A stretch of 64,000 bases of DNA from Bispira polyomma (lineage: Eukaryota), in assembly GCA_965649765.1 (NCBI GenBank), contig OZ287750.1:69812001-69876000 (forward strand), written 5' to 3'. Position numbers and translations under genes: made by a program. Under the pieces are notes generated by a model, which ran no database searches, was not told where the DNA came from, and worked only from the letters and a program-made list of their open reading frames with translations. Positions 11,201 through 22,182 of the stretch are shown here, piece by piece. Position 1 is the stretch's first letter. Every line of letters begins with the position of its first letter.

Positions 11201-14200
11201 TCCAGGTAAAAACGTTGGACTTCCCTTATCACTAGAGAATGCATATCAACTAGGTTGTAAACAAGTGACTAATTATCACTCTGCTCTATAATTGTAGAAT
11301 ATATTGATAAAGAAAAGTCTAGGGGGCCATGTTAGGTCCAGTCGATGCAACTCCTGATCCACATTATCATTGTTCACCCCTCCTCAATAGACCTGAGGAT
11401 AAGGACAAACACAGAGTAATATTAAATTTGCCGCACGCAATCGCTGACCCTGTCAATAATCATGTCAGGAGAAAAACTTATGATAACACAAAATTTATTC
11501 CTAATTTTCCTAACATAGACAGTGTTACCTCAAGCATACAGAAAATTTCAGACCCTATGATGTTCAAGGTCGATGTAGCGACAGCATTTAGGAATCTAAG
11601 GGTAGATCCAGTTGATGCCCTTAACAACTTAGGATTCATCATGTCAAGTATTATGCTGCGGGGGCATATGGGTGGGCACACGGCAGTGCCACATTTTAAC
11701 GTAGCTCGGACGTTATTGCCGATTATATGAACAATTAGGGTTTTGGACTTTCATGCTACATCAACAACTATATTTGTGTTTGTCAAAAATCCAAGGTTCA
11801 ACAAGGTTTCGACATATTGTGTGCATTATTGGGCGACCTCGGCCTCCCAATGAACCTAGAAAAAATTTCACCTTTTTTCTACACACGTTACATTCTTAGG
11901 TATTGACATTCACATTGATGACAGCACCATTAGTATAACTCTGGATAAAATAAAAGAAGTATATACGGCTTGTGCGGCAGCTCGCACAAAATCATGGTTA
12001 TTACGCTCAAGTTTCCAATCAATACTTGGGAAACTACTTTACATCCACAAATGTCAAAGGCCGGCCAGGTGTTTTATCAATAGGCTATTGTCAGAATTTA
12101 GCACGTCCCTAAATTTTAAGCGTTTCAAATTAATGGACAATATCAAAAAGGACCTTGATTGTTTTTTAGAATTTCTATTTCAATACAACGGTGTTAAATA
12201 TATAGCCCGTTCTATTAACGTAGCTCGGACGTTATTGCCGATTATATGAACAATTAGGGTTTTGGACTTTCATGCTATATCAACAACTATATTTGTGTTT
12301 GTCAAAAAGCCAAGGTTCACTTAATAAAGAGTGTTCTTGGCTGCATCTTGATGCCTGCTTAACACAACTGGGCGGTATATGGGGTTCACAAATATAATAT
12401 ACACCAGTATACAACATTTATCAACAAGAATTGCACATAACCCTGTTAGAAATGATTAACATAGCAATTGCATTAAAGATCTGGGGTGAGGACTGGGCTC
12501 ACCAGAAAATTACTTTCCACTGTGATAACATGGCCAAAGGCTTGGTCGTCCAGACTAGCAAAACTAGGGACCCTTTCTTGGCAGCATGTATTAGAAATAT
12601 TTGGTTGATTGTTCTCTACATGATATCACTCTTAACATTCAACACATCAGGGGAAAAGCAGATGTATGGGTGTATGCACTATCATGCATATATTTGGATA
12701 ACCCTCCTAAGCAGAAAATCTTACAACAACTTAGTCACTGTACACGAAAAAATGTCCCCATAACATATTTCGACTTAGACTATGACATATAATTGTAGGT
12801 TCCACAATAGTAACTGACCCTCTGACATGGATTAACAGAATTCACACTGCATTCAAACCTTCAACTACTTTAGTCTACAGTAGCCGGCTCACAACATTTC
12901 TTGCATTTCTTCATTATGTACACATTCAGGACATAACTGTACATTCTGTGTTGCGTTCCTGGAGTATCCTTCTCGGGAAAATTGATCTCCCAGAGTGGTC
13001 AACAATTATCTGGCCTCACCCAAATTCATGTGTGCAAGTACTACATTAACTAATAAGTGTTTCAACACAATTCCATTACTTTATTTACACGTTAACTTAG
13101 TATACAACTCTCCTTTTAGAGCAGCTTCAAAAGGAGTATTTGATATAAAACAGTTATAAAATATTCTCAGGCATGTAAAATTCTGCAATACCCACAAATA
13201 TTTAAGGCAATTTTCTTAGTGGCCTTCTATGGATTCCTTCGCATGTCCAATATAGCCCCACATTCTAGAAACAAGTTTAACCCTACTAGAAACCTATCAA
13301 TTCATGATGTAGTATTTGGCCCTCCTGGGGTCCACATTAAGATAAAGTTGGCTAAAATTATGCAGGATAGATCCAACTCTCATGTAGTCCAATTACCCAC
13401 AATTAAAGTTCCACTACTGTGCCAAGTGACAGCACTTAACCTGCTTATTAATTATAGGGGACTTAAACCTTTTGCCCCATTATTTACTCCAGCAGTACCT
13501 CCCGATTACTCTATTGTAGACTCACACTTTGGGGTAGCTATGAAAAATGGTTCTTCAACACATTGGCATTGACCATTCAACACATGTGTTTCATACCTTT
13601 TGTAGATCGGGGGCTACCCTAGTGTTCAATTGTATCATTTCTCTGCAAAATATAATAGCACATGAACTCTGGCGCAGCTCAGCCATTTAGAAATATCTTC
13701 AATCCACATCACAGGCTGCCTCTGTAATTACACTTTTTTTCCAACATTGTCCCTTCTTCTCTCCAACTTGGGTTTGGGCTCACTTAAAATCTTCGTTATC
13801 TCTTACAATTTTAAATATTTTATATCATTTAGTGTTACATTGTACATATATATACTAACTTGTACAAAAATAAACTCAAAACAGTATTTTTATTGTCTTC
13901 CACTTTGATTCAATAATATCACCACATAGGGAACAGTACATTCTCTCTCACTCAAATCGAACTTTGAATTAAACTGCTAAAAATTTATTAAGAGCTCAGT
14001 GATTCGATTCTCGTATTTCTTTAATATGTGCTCTCATTTGACATTTATTATTTTGTTTTAAAAGGCATGTAAAATATGTATTTAAGAAATATTTTGCATT
14101 TGGTATCATATTTAAAATACTTTACATGTCATTGTTAAATGGTAAATAGTTCACTAAGGGCTATTTGTACATAAATAAGGCTATTTCTCTAAAATAAAAG

Positions 14201-17103
14201 TAACAGTTCCTTGTTCTTGTTTATATACTGGTTTTTGCTGATAAAATAGAAAATATAAGACATACAAGACACCTCCCATTACTGTACAATTTTTTATTGG
14301 TGGTGGGTGTTTACAGGTATAATATTAGGCAGTATATGTCCGTCATTTCTGTAAGATTGTTTTCAAGTATTGTATTACCAGCCGATATCTGTTATTTCTG
14401 AAATAGCTGATGGATTCCACCCATTTTACACAACCTGTGATGACCTCATCAATGATTTTAAAGCCCAAAAGAGGTGGAGTGAGTGTGTTTTGGTGCTTAT
14501 CAAAGTAAGTCATATTTTTACTTTATAATTTTGATTTAATTTGATAAAGTTCTAATGGATAAATGACACCGATGTGAACACAATTTCAGATATGTGTATG
14601 CTATAAGCTTATATTTGCTGTCAAACAACATTTTAAGAAGGTCAAGTCCCAGTAGCTTGATTCGTAACATCCTGTTGTGTCTTTACTGGGAAATAGCAAT
14701 ATCGGAATATTGTAGCTTTGGAGTTCATATATACAATGACTATAAAAAAATTGTCATTAATATTTATTTTTTTGCTAACACGAGAAAAGTGAACTTTTGT
14801 AAAACATTGTGCTCAAACATGTATGTCGGTCATTAAACCTAAAGTGAAATACTTTACAAGTTGTAAACTTAAATTATAAAGACCAATCTAACAGTGTGCA
14901 AAATAATAGGCATACTTTAACTGGAATGATGAAGGATGCCAATATACTGAAAGTAAAATTAATCTGGAAAAAGTTACTGTGTGTCATAACAAACGGTCTT
15001 CTGGATGAATGGCAATAGGCGATGATCTATTATTCCACCATAAGTAAGACACTAGACATATCTGTGTTCACCAAATACCAGGACAATGATTGAGTTAACT
15101 GTACCAAGAAAAACACAGTGGATTTACATCATTCCTGTCTACATCCATACAAAAATAGCCCAGAAACTTTTTCCGGTGGATAAATAGATTGGTGTTTGCT
15201 GCGCGAACGGTTAAATCAAAATAATGACATTGGTACAGGTTCAGACAAATAGGTCAACGTCTCCACTCAGCCCTTCCTTTACTTGGAAATGAAATATGCA
15301 GATTGTTATTGTACACTAAATAGAGCCTGTTTTCAGAAATCTGGGGTGGACCACTACAGGAATAAGTACTTACAAGCTAAGTCACATCTGAAGGAAGTCT
15401 GGAACATACTGGATACATGTGATGTACCAGACAGAGAGTTGCTGGAAGGGAGGGCTTTGTACTATCAGAGTGCTATCTACAGAGAGATGAAGAAATTTGG
15501 TAAAGCAGAGAAGTGCATCGATGCATCCATCAAAGTTAGTACTGATTTCATTGTCTAAAACTTAGTTTTTATTTAGAATTAATATGAACTATTTTCGGTA
15601 AAAATATTACACAAAGAACATAAATTTCCATCAATTTTAAACCAATGCCCACTTAGACTAAAGGTAAATCTGATTTCTTTGGCAACATCTCCCATAAAAT
15701 TTAAATCTATAGCAACTAAGCTTTCCATTGCAAATTGTCATTCAGAGGCTATTTGAAAGAGTACAACCCAAGAAAAAACATATTGGCTACTAAACAGTGA
15801 CAAATGAATTCCTAGGATAAATTTTTATAATTGTAGTGGTCTTTATATTCTTAACTGAATATTTATAAACATTTACATTTGTCGAATATGTCTGGATTCA
15901 AGGCCCTTAGTGATAGGGAATATGGAGATGATACTGCCAAAGCATTTTACAACAGAGCAAAACTCTACCTCAAAATGATGCAAAGCGGAACCAGCTCAGA
16001 CAGTAAAAATTTTCGACAGCTTATTTTTGACCAATTTGGAAAGGTAACTATTGGCTTTAATAAAGTAAATCATTAGGTTGTTTGTGACATACTCAATCTT
16101 GGGGTGATGATAAAATTATCACCCTCATGTCTGTGTTTAATTGAGGGAATGCTTGCACTGTAAACTGTTTTTATCTTCAACTGCAGACTAAAATTCTTGA
16201 GTTGATCAAAATGGCCGTCATGCCCTGTGTACGATTTTAAATCCTAATAATTATGTGCGAGCTATAATGACATACATTTACCAGGTGTATTAGTTTGAAT
16301 GTAAACCAGCTTCATGATATAACACGTATTTCTTGTTTCAATAACAGGCTGTTGACCATTTTACAATGTCAAAAACTGGTGTTGATTTGAAGCAAGTCAG
16401 GAGGTGTTTGCTCAATATGTCCACTGTAAAAGCTGACTGTCCATTTTCGAAGCTAGGCTCACAGCATGCAGAAAGTCTGTCTGTGGACCAGCTTATAAAG
16501 TGTACTTTAGTACATGTAACACTAACAAATTTAAACCAGGCTGAAGGTTACCTCAATGACATCTTAGGAAGGTAAATACAACTGTAGTATTGTGTTAATA
16601 TTCCCATTATAAAGAGTAAGTAACAGTCAGCGAAAAATTCGGATACATTGCAGGTCAGATTTTATTTTATGATTTTTCTATTTCTCATAGAAAGTTTAAA
16701 GAAACTCAAATAGTGTTTTTTAATGATAGGCTAACATTCTCACATTTACTGTTTCATAAGATACTGGTCAGATGATGTGTCAAGAAGAAACCATATGCAG
16801 ATTCTTAAGAGCAGAGCCGAAGTGGGATTCTGTAAAGCACTATATTTTCGGGCCAATGGGGAACAGCAGGATACTACTTTTTCCTCTATCATTGGTGATG
16901 TTATCTTAAAACTAAAAGAGTCCAACATCATCGGAATAAAGAGTGGATTCAAGGAGTTTGAAACAACTTCCAAACTCATTTCCCTGCTGACAAATCTCAA
17001 GCCAGAATGTGTAGAGAATGACAGATATATTATAGAAATGGGAAACCCGAGTGATCCCGATTTCCTCACAGGGTCCTTGGAAAGTGAGAGCAATTCAGAT
17101 TGA
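1945..17103 (+). CDS. TIR-domain / TPR-like repeat protein, 12 coding exons, about 726 aa
   Basis: Exons 1945-2211, 3684-3807, 4054-4262, 4614-4858, 6312-6445, 7057-7185, 8419-8487, 14407-14504, 15337-15534, 15903-16043, 16348-16571, 16761-17103. All introns are GT-AG and phases match (0,1,0,2,1,1,1,0,0,0,2); total 2181 nt = 727 codons with no internal stop. TIR signature RVFCVY..DILPLL..LLHRDTIAGEDVFKFI..SVLVFFT..CQLCEEVL..FIPIILDGCTLP; TPR-like GRALYYQSAIYREMKKFGKAEKCI and TAKAFYNRAKLY. Confidence 0.8.
2427..3467. mobile_element. Non-autonomous foldback / MITE with about 300-bp terminal inverted repeats, TTAA-flanked
   Basis: 2427-2738 is the near-perfect reverse complement of 3186-3467; TTAA at 2423-2426 and 3468-3471; no ORF. 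Confidence 0.85.
3684..3807 (+). CDS. TIR-TPR gene exon 2 (TIR domain, C-terminal part)
   Basis: ttttacag|FIPIILDGCTLPTHLSMTSSLEVGAPYFKERLQKSLDTTNN|gtaggt; typical TIR beta-D to alpha-E segment. Confidence 0.85.
4054..4262 (+). CDS. TIR-TPR gene exon 3
   Basis: ctttgtattag acceptor, open frame GLSKEDH...KRNDTSK, donor gtatgt; phase 1 to 0. Confidence 0.7.
4614..4858 (+). CDS. TIR-TPR gene exon 4
   Basis: aatctag|LSQTLVALEVVNCVQH...RLLQN(R)|gtattg; phase 0 to 2 fits both neighbours; acceptor tract is weak. Confidence 0.6.
6312..6445 (+). CDS. TIR-TPR gene exon 5 (basic NLS-like ERKKKQRLK)
   Basis: cattttag acceptor, phase 2 to 1, donor gttggt. Confidence 0.7.
7057..7185 (+). CDS. TIR-TPR gene exon 6
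   Basis: atattttag|DIDQQSTSRRK...GRIRGL|gtatga; phase 1 to 1. Confidence 0.7.
7410..7710. repeat. Tandem duplication (154-bp period) containing palindromes
   Basis: 7410-7556 repeated at 7564-7710; TATGGTAACTTAAGGTTACCATA hairpin in each unit. Confidence 0.9.
8021..8301. repeat. 45-bp minisatellite (5 full units plus partials)
   Basis: Unit TTTATAACTGAGAACGCAAGCAACAGTACAAGCGACAAGGTTCAA; related diverged units upstream from about 7740. Confidence 0.95.
8419..8487 (+). CDS. TIR-TPR gene exon 7
   Basis: tatttcag|GILLKKDVRQMMFKLEQLADDNE|gtaagc; phase 1 to 1. Confidence 0.7.
11030..12792 (+). pseudogene. pol: Degenerate RT/RNase H
   Basis: NYHSAL, HCSPLLNRP, FKVDVATAFRNLRVDP, YINNY, LHLDACL, ITLLEMINI, FHCDN, QHIRGK across several frames. 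Confidence 0.88.
12799..13790 (+). pseudogene. Degenerate tyrosine recombinase
   Basis: AFKPSTTLVY, AFYGFLRMSNIAP, FHTFCRSGATL, WRSSAI*KY. Confidence 0.85.
14407..14504 (+). CDS. TIR-TPR gene exon 8
   Basis: aaatag|SDGFHPFYTTCDDLINDFKAQKRWSECVLVLIK|gtaagt; phase 1 to 0. Confidence 0.75.
15337..15534 (+). CDS. TIR-TPR gene exon 9 (TPR-like helices)
   Basis: gttttcag|KSGVDHY...EGRALYYQSAIYREMKKFGKAEKCIDASIK|gttagt. Confidence 0.85.
15903..16043 (+). CDS. TIR-TPR gene exon 10 (TPR-like)
   Basis: ttcaag|ALSDREYGDDTAKAFYNRAKLYLKM...FDQFGK|gtaact. Confidence 0.8.
16348..16571 (+). CDS. TIR-TPR gene exon 11
   Basis: ataacag|AVDHFTM...QAEGYLNDILG(R)|gtaaat; phase 0 to 2. Confidence 0.8.
16761..17103 (+). 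CDS. TIR-TPR gene terminal coding exon
   Basis: gtttcataag|YWSDDVSRRNHMQILKSRAEV...SESNSD-TGA. Confidence 0.8.
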
Positions 17104-17619
17104 CAATGCCATGGCAAGAATATGGGGTTAGTCTCTTCTATGAAAGGCAGTGGACTTTCTGTTGCTGAGAGTAGTTTTTCTGATTCATCCGTATCATTTG
17201 ATGATGATGATGTTGTCGCTGTGACTACTGCTGATGATCTTGTTACTGTTGTTGCTAATGACATTGTTGCTGCTGCTACAAATCATGATGTTGATTCTGC
17301 TGCTTCTGCTGCTGATACTGATGTTGTTGATGGTGACAGGTTTAAACAACAAATAACAGAAACTGATTAAAACACAGCAACACAATATACTTGCAATCCA
17401 GCAAGAGATTCTAAGCTTTCCTCTAGTGATAACTCTGAAGTTGAGCTTGGCTTGTTTGATGATATTAGTGTATAATTTATCTATAATATTATTGTCTGTT
17501 CTATTTCTGTTCTATTTTCACACTAGATTTCTTTGTGTAAATTCATAATGGACTTACTTTATGATTCTCCTCAAGCAGAAAGCTAATAATTGTGCATACA
17601 AAATTTGTTTAACCAAACA

Positions 17620-18650
17620 TTTGTGAAGTATGAAAAATAGCTTGGTTTGCGTCCAAGTATACATATGCATCAACATCTCTTATTCTCCGAAACTGCAGGT
17701 GCTACAAACTTTCTGATTTTTTACAGGTTCTTTGGAGCTTCAGGATGAAAAAATGTTCATAGTATGGATCAGGTGATTACCTGGGTGTACAAAAAATTTT
17801 GAATTTTTCCTATCTTTTCTGTACAAATAGCACTGTCTTTGACAATTTTCTTCTCCAGAACCGCTGGATCAGTCTGACATTTTGCAAACAATATACCTCA
17901 CCACATAGATATTAGAAAAGATATTTTTTTCCGAATTCATAAATGTTAAATATCTAAACAAATTAACTGTTGTGTTTCGAATGTATAATAAGCATATAGA
18001 AAACAAGGTTCAAGGTCAAACTATCGTCATAAATTTAATTTCAAGTATTTTGTGTCCTATCTTTAAAAGTAGTACTTGGAATGCAACCAAGCGTTCTAGT
18101 ATATCTTTGTACCGCTCAGCAACCTTAATAAATAATAAGGAAGGTTTTAAACCATACAGTTTTGTATTAAGGTCACTTTTTTGGGGCCAAAAGGGTAAAT
18201 TTTCATGTTTTTGCCTTATATCTTATTAATTGTTGGGTTTAGAGACTTGAAATGTATTGTGAGCATATCTGAAAAAGTAATACTTGAAATGCCACCAAAT
18301 GTTTGAGGATATTACTGTAGTTCTCCATAGTGGTAAGGTGATGAACCATACAGATACATTTCAAGGTGGTTTTTTTGACCACCAAAAGGGCCAAATTTTG
18401 GATTTTGATAGTTGAAATGTGTTGTGAGTATATAGAAAACTGGGGTCAATATTCAAATGTACTGGTTTGACCTCTGACCTTGAATTCAAGGTCAAATCGG
18501 AATGATAAAGGTAAATTTCCAGTGTTATGTGTCATATCTCAAGAAGTATTACGTCATTTAACTGACTCAATAATCTAAGTGGTAATGCTCAAGGTCAAAC
18601 AGGGTTGTTGAAGGTTATCGCTGAGAAAGAAGCTGATGATATATTATTGA
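17620..18650. repeat. Unclassified interspersed repeat (CAAGGTCAA/TGACCTTG-rich, internally repetitive)
   Basis: Recurrent CAAGGTCAAA, AATACTTGAAATGCCACCAA and GAAATGTxTTGTGAG sub-repeats; no coding capacity; limits approximate. Confidence 0.35.
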
Positions 18651-20483
18651 TAACTAACTGATCCATAGTGGAAAAAAAATTATATTTTACTTTTTTGATT
18701 TGGGGAAAAGTACAATTACTGCTTTTCTAAACCTGCACGAGACAAGTATATATACAGACATTCATGTATGTATATCCTTGTATATGATCAACTTACGCCC
18801 TAGGCAAAGCAAACTAAAAAGAAAATAATAGGAAAACCTTATTGTAATTAAATGCATGTGGGTATTTATTATGTGGTTACATGTTATTTTTTATTGTTGA
18901 ACATGGCTCAATAAATTCAGAGTCATAAATTAATGCATGCCAACTCTTATTTATTACCGGTCAAATGTATCAAATTAAAACAATTGCAATTACAATGTAC
19001 AAAATAACGTCGTTACTGTACATTTATTTATATCGTATTTATGTTATATAACTTTAGTACTTATTTATTCAATTGTATTTTTATTGATTACGTTTTTCTT
19101 TTAAAAATTTAATCTATGGAGGATAGTAAAATCTTATGTTCATGGATATGTTACTGAAAACTTTAATAAAATTTGTTCATGTTTGACTTATTTATTAGTA
19201 AGATAAAATAGGTGTTGCTTGATCAAATGTCAAATTAATAATGCTATAAAGATGGAATCAAGCAGTTACGGGTGATTAAGCTCGAATCTGATTAGAAATC
19301 AATGGATGGACAGAACAGAGGAGGTTAGGTGCAACCTAAATTTTTAAGGTTGTAAAAATCTTATGTTGGAGTGACTTACCAGTCCCTCCAAAGTTTACTC
19401 ACACTTTTACTTTAAATGTTGTTTCATAGGTATGATAAGATCCTACTCCTGCAACTTTATGACCATATCCCTTAAAACAATTGTTCAACATTGTTTAACT
19501 ATTTATACATCTTCCATAAGGTAAGCTTTTACAGATGAAGGTCTGTACCTAAATGAATACTGGCTTCTTTTAGCAATAATATACTCACTTTTTTCACTTT
19601 GAAGTGAGAAACTGTTTCATTTACAGTGAATATATCTGTCATTTACTTGTAAGAACAAAAGTTTCAAGTAGTATTATCATGACAGAAGGTTGAAACAAGA
19701 AAGGTTGAAACAAGAAAATAACACATATCAAGGTTGCCTAATGGTAAACTTGGCGAACATTGTATTCTATTCACAACAAATCAGTTACATTAAAGATTAA
19801 TCCTCTGAGGCATGTCTATTATAGGATTAACTCCTGTGGCAGATTTAATTATTTAAAAATACCAGTCCAATGTTAAAGTGAAGAGTTTGTTGGTATAAGA
19901 TTGGACCTAGTTTTCTGTTCTCGATGATGCTTTGATTTTTACTGATGGTACGCATTGCAAGAGCCAGAGTGATTAACGTAAGCAAAGCTTCACAAATCTG
20001 TTTATGTTTTATTGAAAATATACGGAAATATTTTCAAATAATGATATTTAATCAAACAACTACTTTTAGGTTGGCCATAAGTTATACTATTGCGTTGGAC
20101 TAATGTGTTAATCAATATACAACCACAGACTAAATGGAAAAATGATAATTTTGATGTTATAGTTGTGTCAGATTTGTAAAGTTTTGCAAATGGTAGCCAC
20201 TCTGTCGCTGACAGCTGCACATCAATAAAACAAGGCTATTTCAGAGATAGAGAACACAATCTGGTATAAGACAAAACCATATACAGTACAAGATGCTTAT
20301 TGTTGCGGCTTTAAATGGTAAATAATAGGTTCAATATCAAGGCTTAAAATGTTGGGATGCAGTTAACTTTCTTGTGATAGGTGGAGAATATTTAATTAAT
20401 CTAGAAGAAAAGTTGAGGGAGCAACTTGCCTATCCGACTGTTGCTAAATTTGCCTCTAAATTGAGTATGACCAGTGTAAATTG

Positions 20484-20913
20484 AATCTAATCTAATCTAT
20501 CTAATCTAGTCGTACTTTTATAGCGCTTAATCTTTGTACAACAAATTCTAAGGCGCAACAAACCCAAAACATTAATCAAAAATCAAAAATAGTGGGCGGA
20601 TGGAAGTCGTAACCAGGGAGACTACCGTAAGTGGTTGTGACGGCTAAGGTTGAAAAGCCTGTTCAAAAAGATAGGCCTTCAGCTTACTCCTGAAAGAGGA
20701 GAAAGTTTGAGCCAGGCGAACATGATCAGGTAGGCTGTTCCAAATGAGGGGGCCATCATGAGCTAGGCAGTGATTGAACTGAACTTTGGATTTGTGGATG
20801 CAAGGGTCGAAAGTGGGAATGTTAAGGTATAATTTATCAGGGTTACTGCGCCTTGTCCTGACTGAGCATGTATATTTGGATAGATGGGGGCTAAAATAAG
20901 TGGGTAATCCACT
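20484..20913 (-). mobile_element. L2/CR1-group LINE 3' fragment
   Basis: Reverse strand encodes GPLIWNSLPDHVRLAQTFSSFRSKLKAYLF; (TAGAT)n tail. Confidence 0.75.
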
Positions 20914-21859
20914 TATTTTATTATTTTATTTATTATTGAAGCTTGTTTAGATCGCCCCAAAGTCACAAGCCAAGGTCGAGAAACTGGGAGAAGGCCTTAA
21001 ATCTACAATTGACTATGAATTACTAGGAGTTGACAGAAAATTAAAATCTTAAAAATACTATACCCCCAAAAATATACTGCATAATGTCTGTAATAAGTTA
21101 AAAACATACTTGAACATTGTCTGCACAAAATAAAAATGTATGGCTTTCAGTTATTCTTACTAATTACTTTTCATTTTATGTATATCTGGAAACAACAATC
21201 ACTAAACTAATTGGGAGAAGTGATTGGGCAGCACAATAAATTATTAATATTGAGGCATATATAATGTCCAGTTGATATTATCCACTGACATGCTCATTCT
21301 CCTAAATAGATATTCCTACAACATAGCCTGTGTCGTCATGTGTAGGCAATTGTTTGTCTACATCTTCTCCGCGGATGTTATATCACCAATGAATCTAGCA
21401 ATTTAATCAGGCATCAATCCAAGGACCTTGCGATCAAACAAAACAACTTCTTCATCAGTAATATATACATAATTAATAACTGGAACGGTTATACATTGTA
21501 CTGTTCAAAACAAAGCAGTTACATTAACTATAAAGGTATCGAGGCAGGCCTGTCTGCTGTAAAAAAGGATTAACCACTGTGGCAGGTCAATTTATATAAA
21601 ACAGATACAAAACAGGCCCACAGCCATTGGCTCTGGAGTGGACAAAAGGTCTGCAGAAATAATGTCCGCAAATGGCCACTACTTTCAGAGATTCCCTTTT
21701 AACATTTTGACATGCACTTCTCATGGGCCAATAGCTCAGCCAAATGGCTACTTATTATTTAACTCTTGGGATGTGGCCTACTGGTCATATCCTTGTTGTC
21801 TAAATATCAGTTTGCCCAATATTCCTTTTGATACATTCCTACCACACGTCCCTTCTCTC

Positions 21860-22182
21860 TTTTTGTAACCTGGAGAGATGTAATAGACTTTCTGTTTCGT
21901 ATGTTCAATCCACCAGGAAGGCTGGATCTAGAGCTTTATCTATTACAGCCCCATTATTATGGAACAGTCTCCTAGTTGACCTGAGATCACTGGAGACACT
22001 GAAAACCTATCTTTTAGCCTTGCTTACCCACTGTAGTTCTTTCCTTTACACCCCCCCATCTTTCCTTACTACCTTGCTGTGTCCATAGACTGGACAACCC
22101 GGCTCACGGATTCTGTTGTTGGATTTTAGAAGATGCCCAGCATCAATAAAGCGCATTAAAAATACATAATAATAATAATAAA
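21860..22182 (+). mobile_element. L2-type LINE 3' fragment
   Basis: GSRALSITAPLLWNSL..LKTYL with (AAT)n tail; same family as 53925-54722. Confidence 0.75.

Larger units (their letters stand above)
8700..13990 (+). mobile_element. Older, degraded Ngaro-like tyrosine-recombinase retrotransposon in intron 7 of the TIR-TPR gene
   Basis: gag remnant about 9187-9950, Asn-rich repeat region, RT/RNase H about 11030-12792, YR 12799-13790; terminal repeats not recognisable, so both ends are approximate. Confidence 0.85.

Noticed and set aside
16746-17385. Minus-strand ORFs of 172 and 63 aa
   Set aside because: Antisense of the terminal exon and its low-complexity trinucleotide tail.
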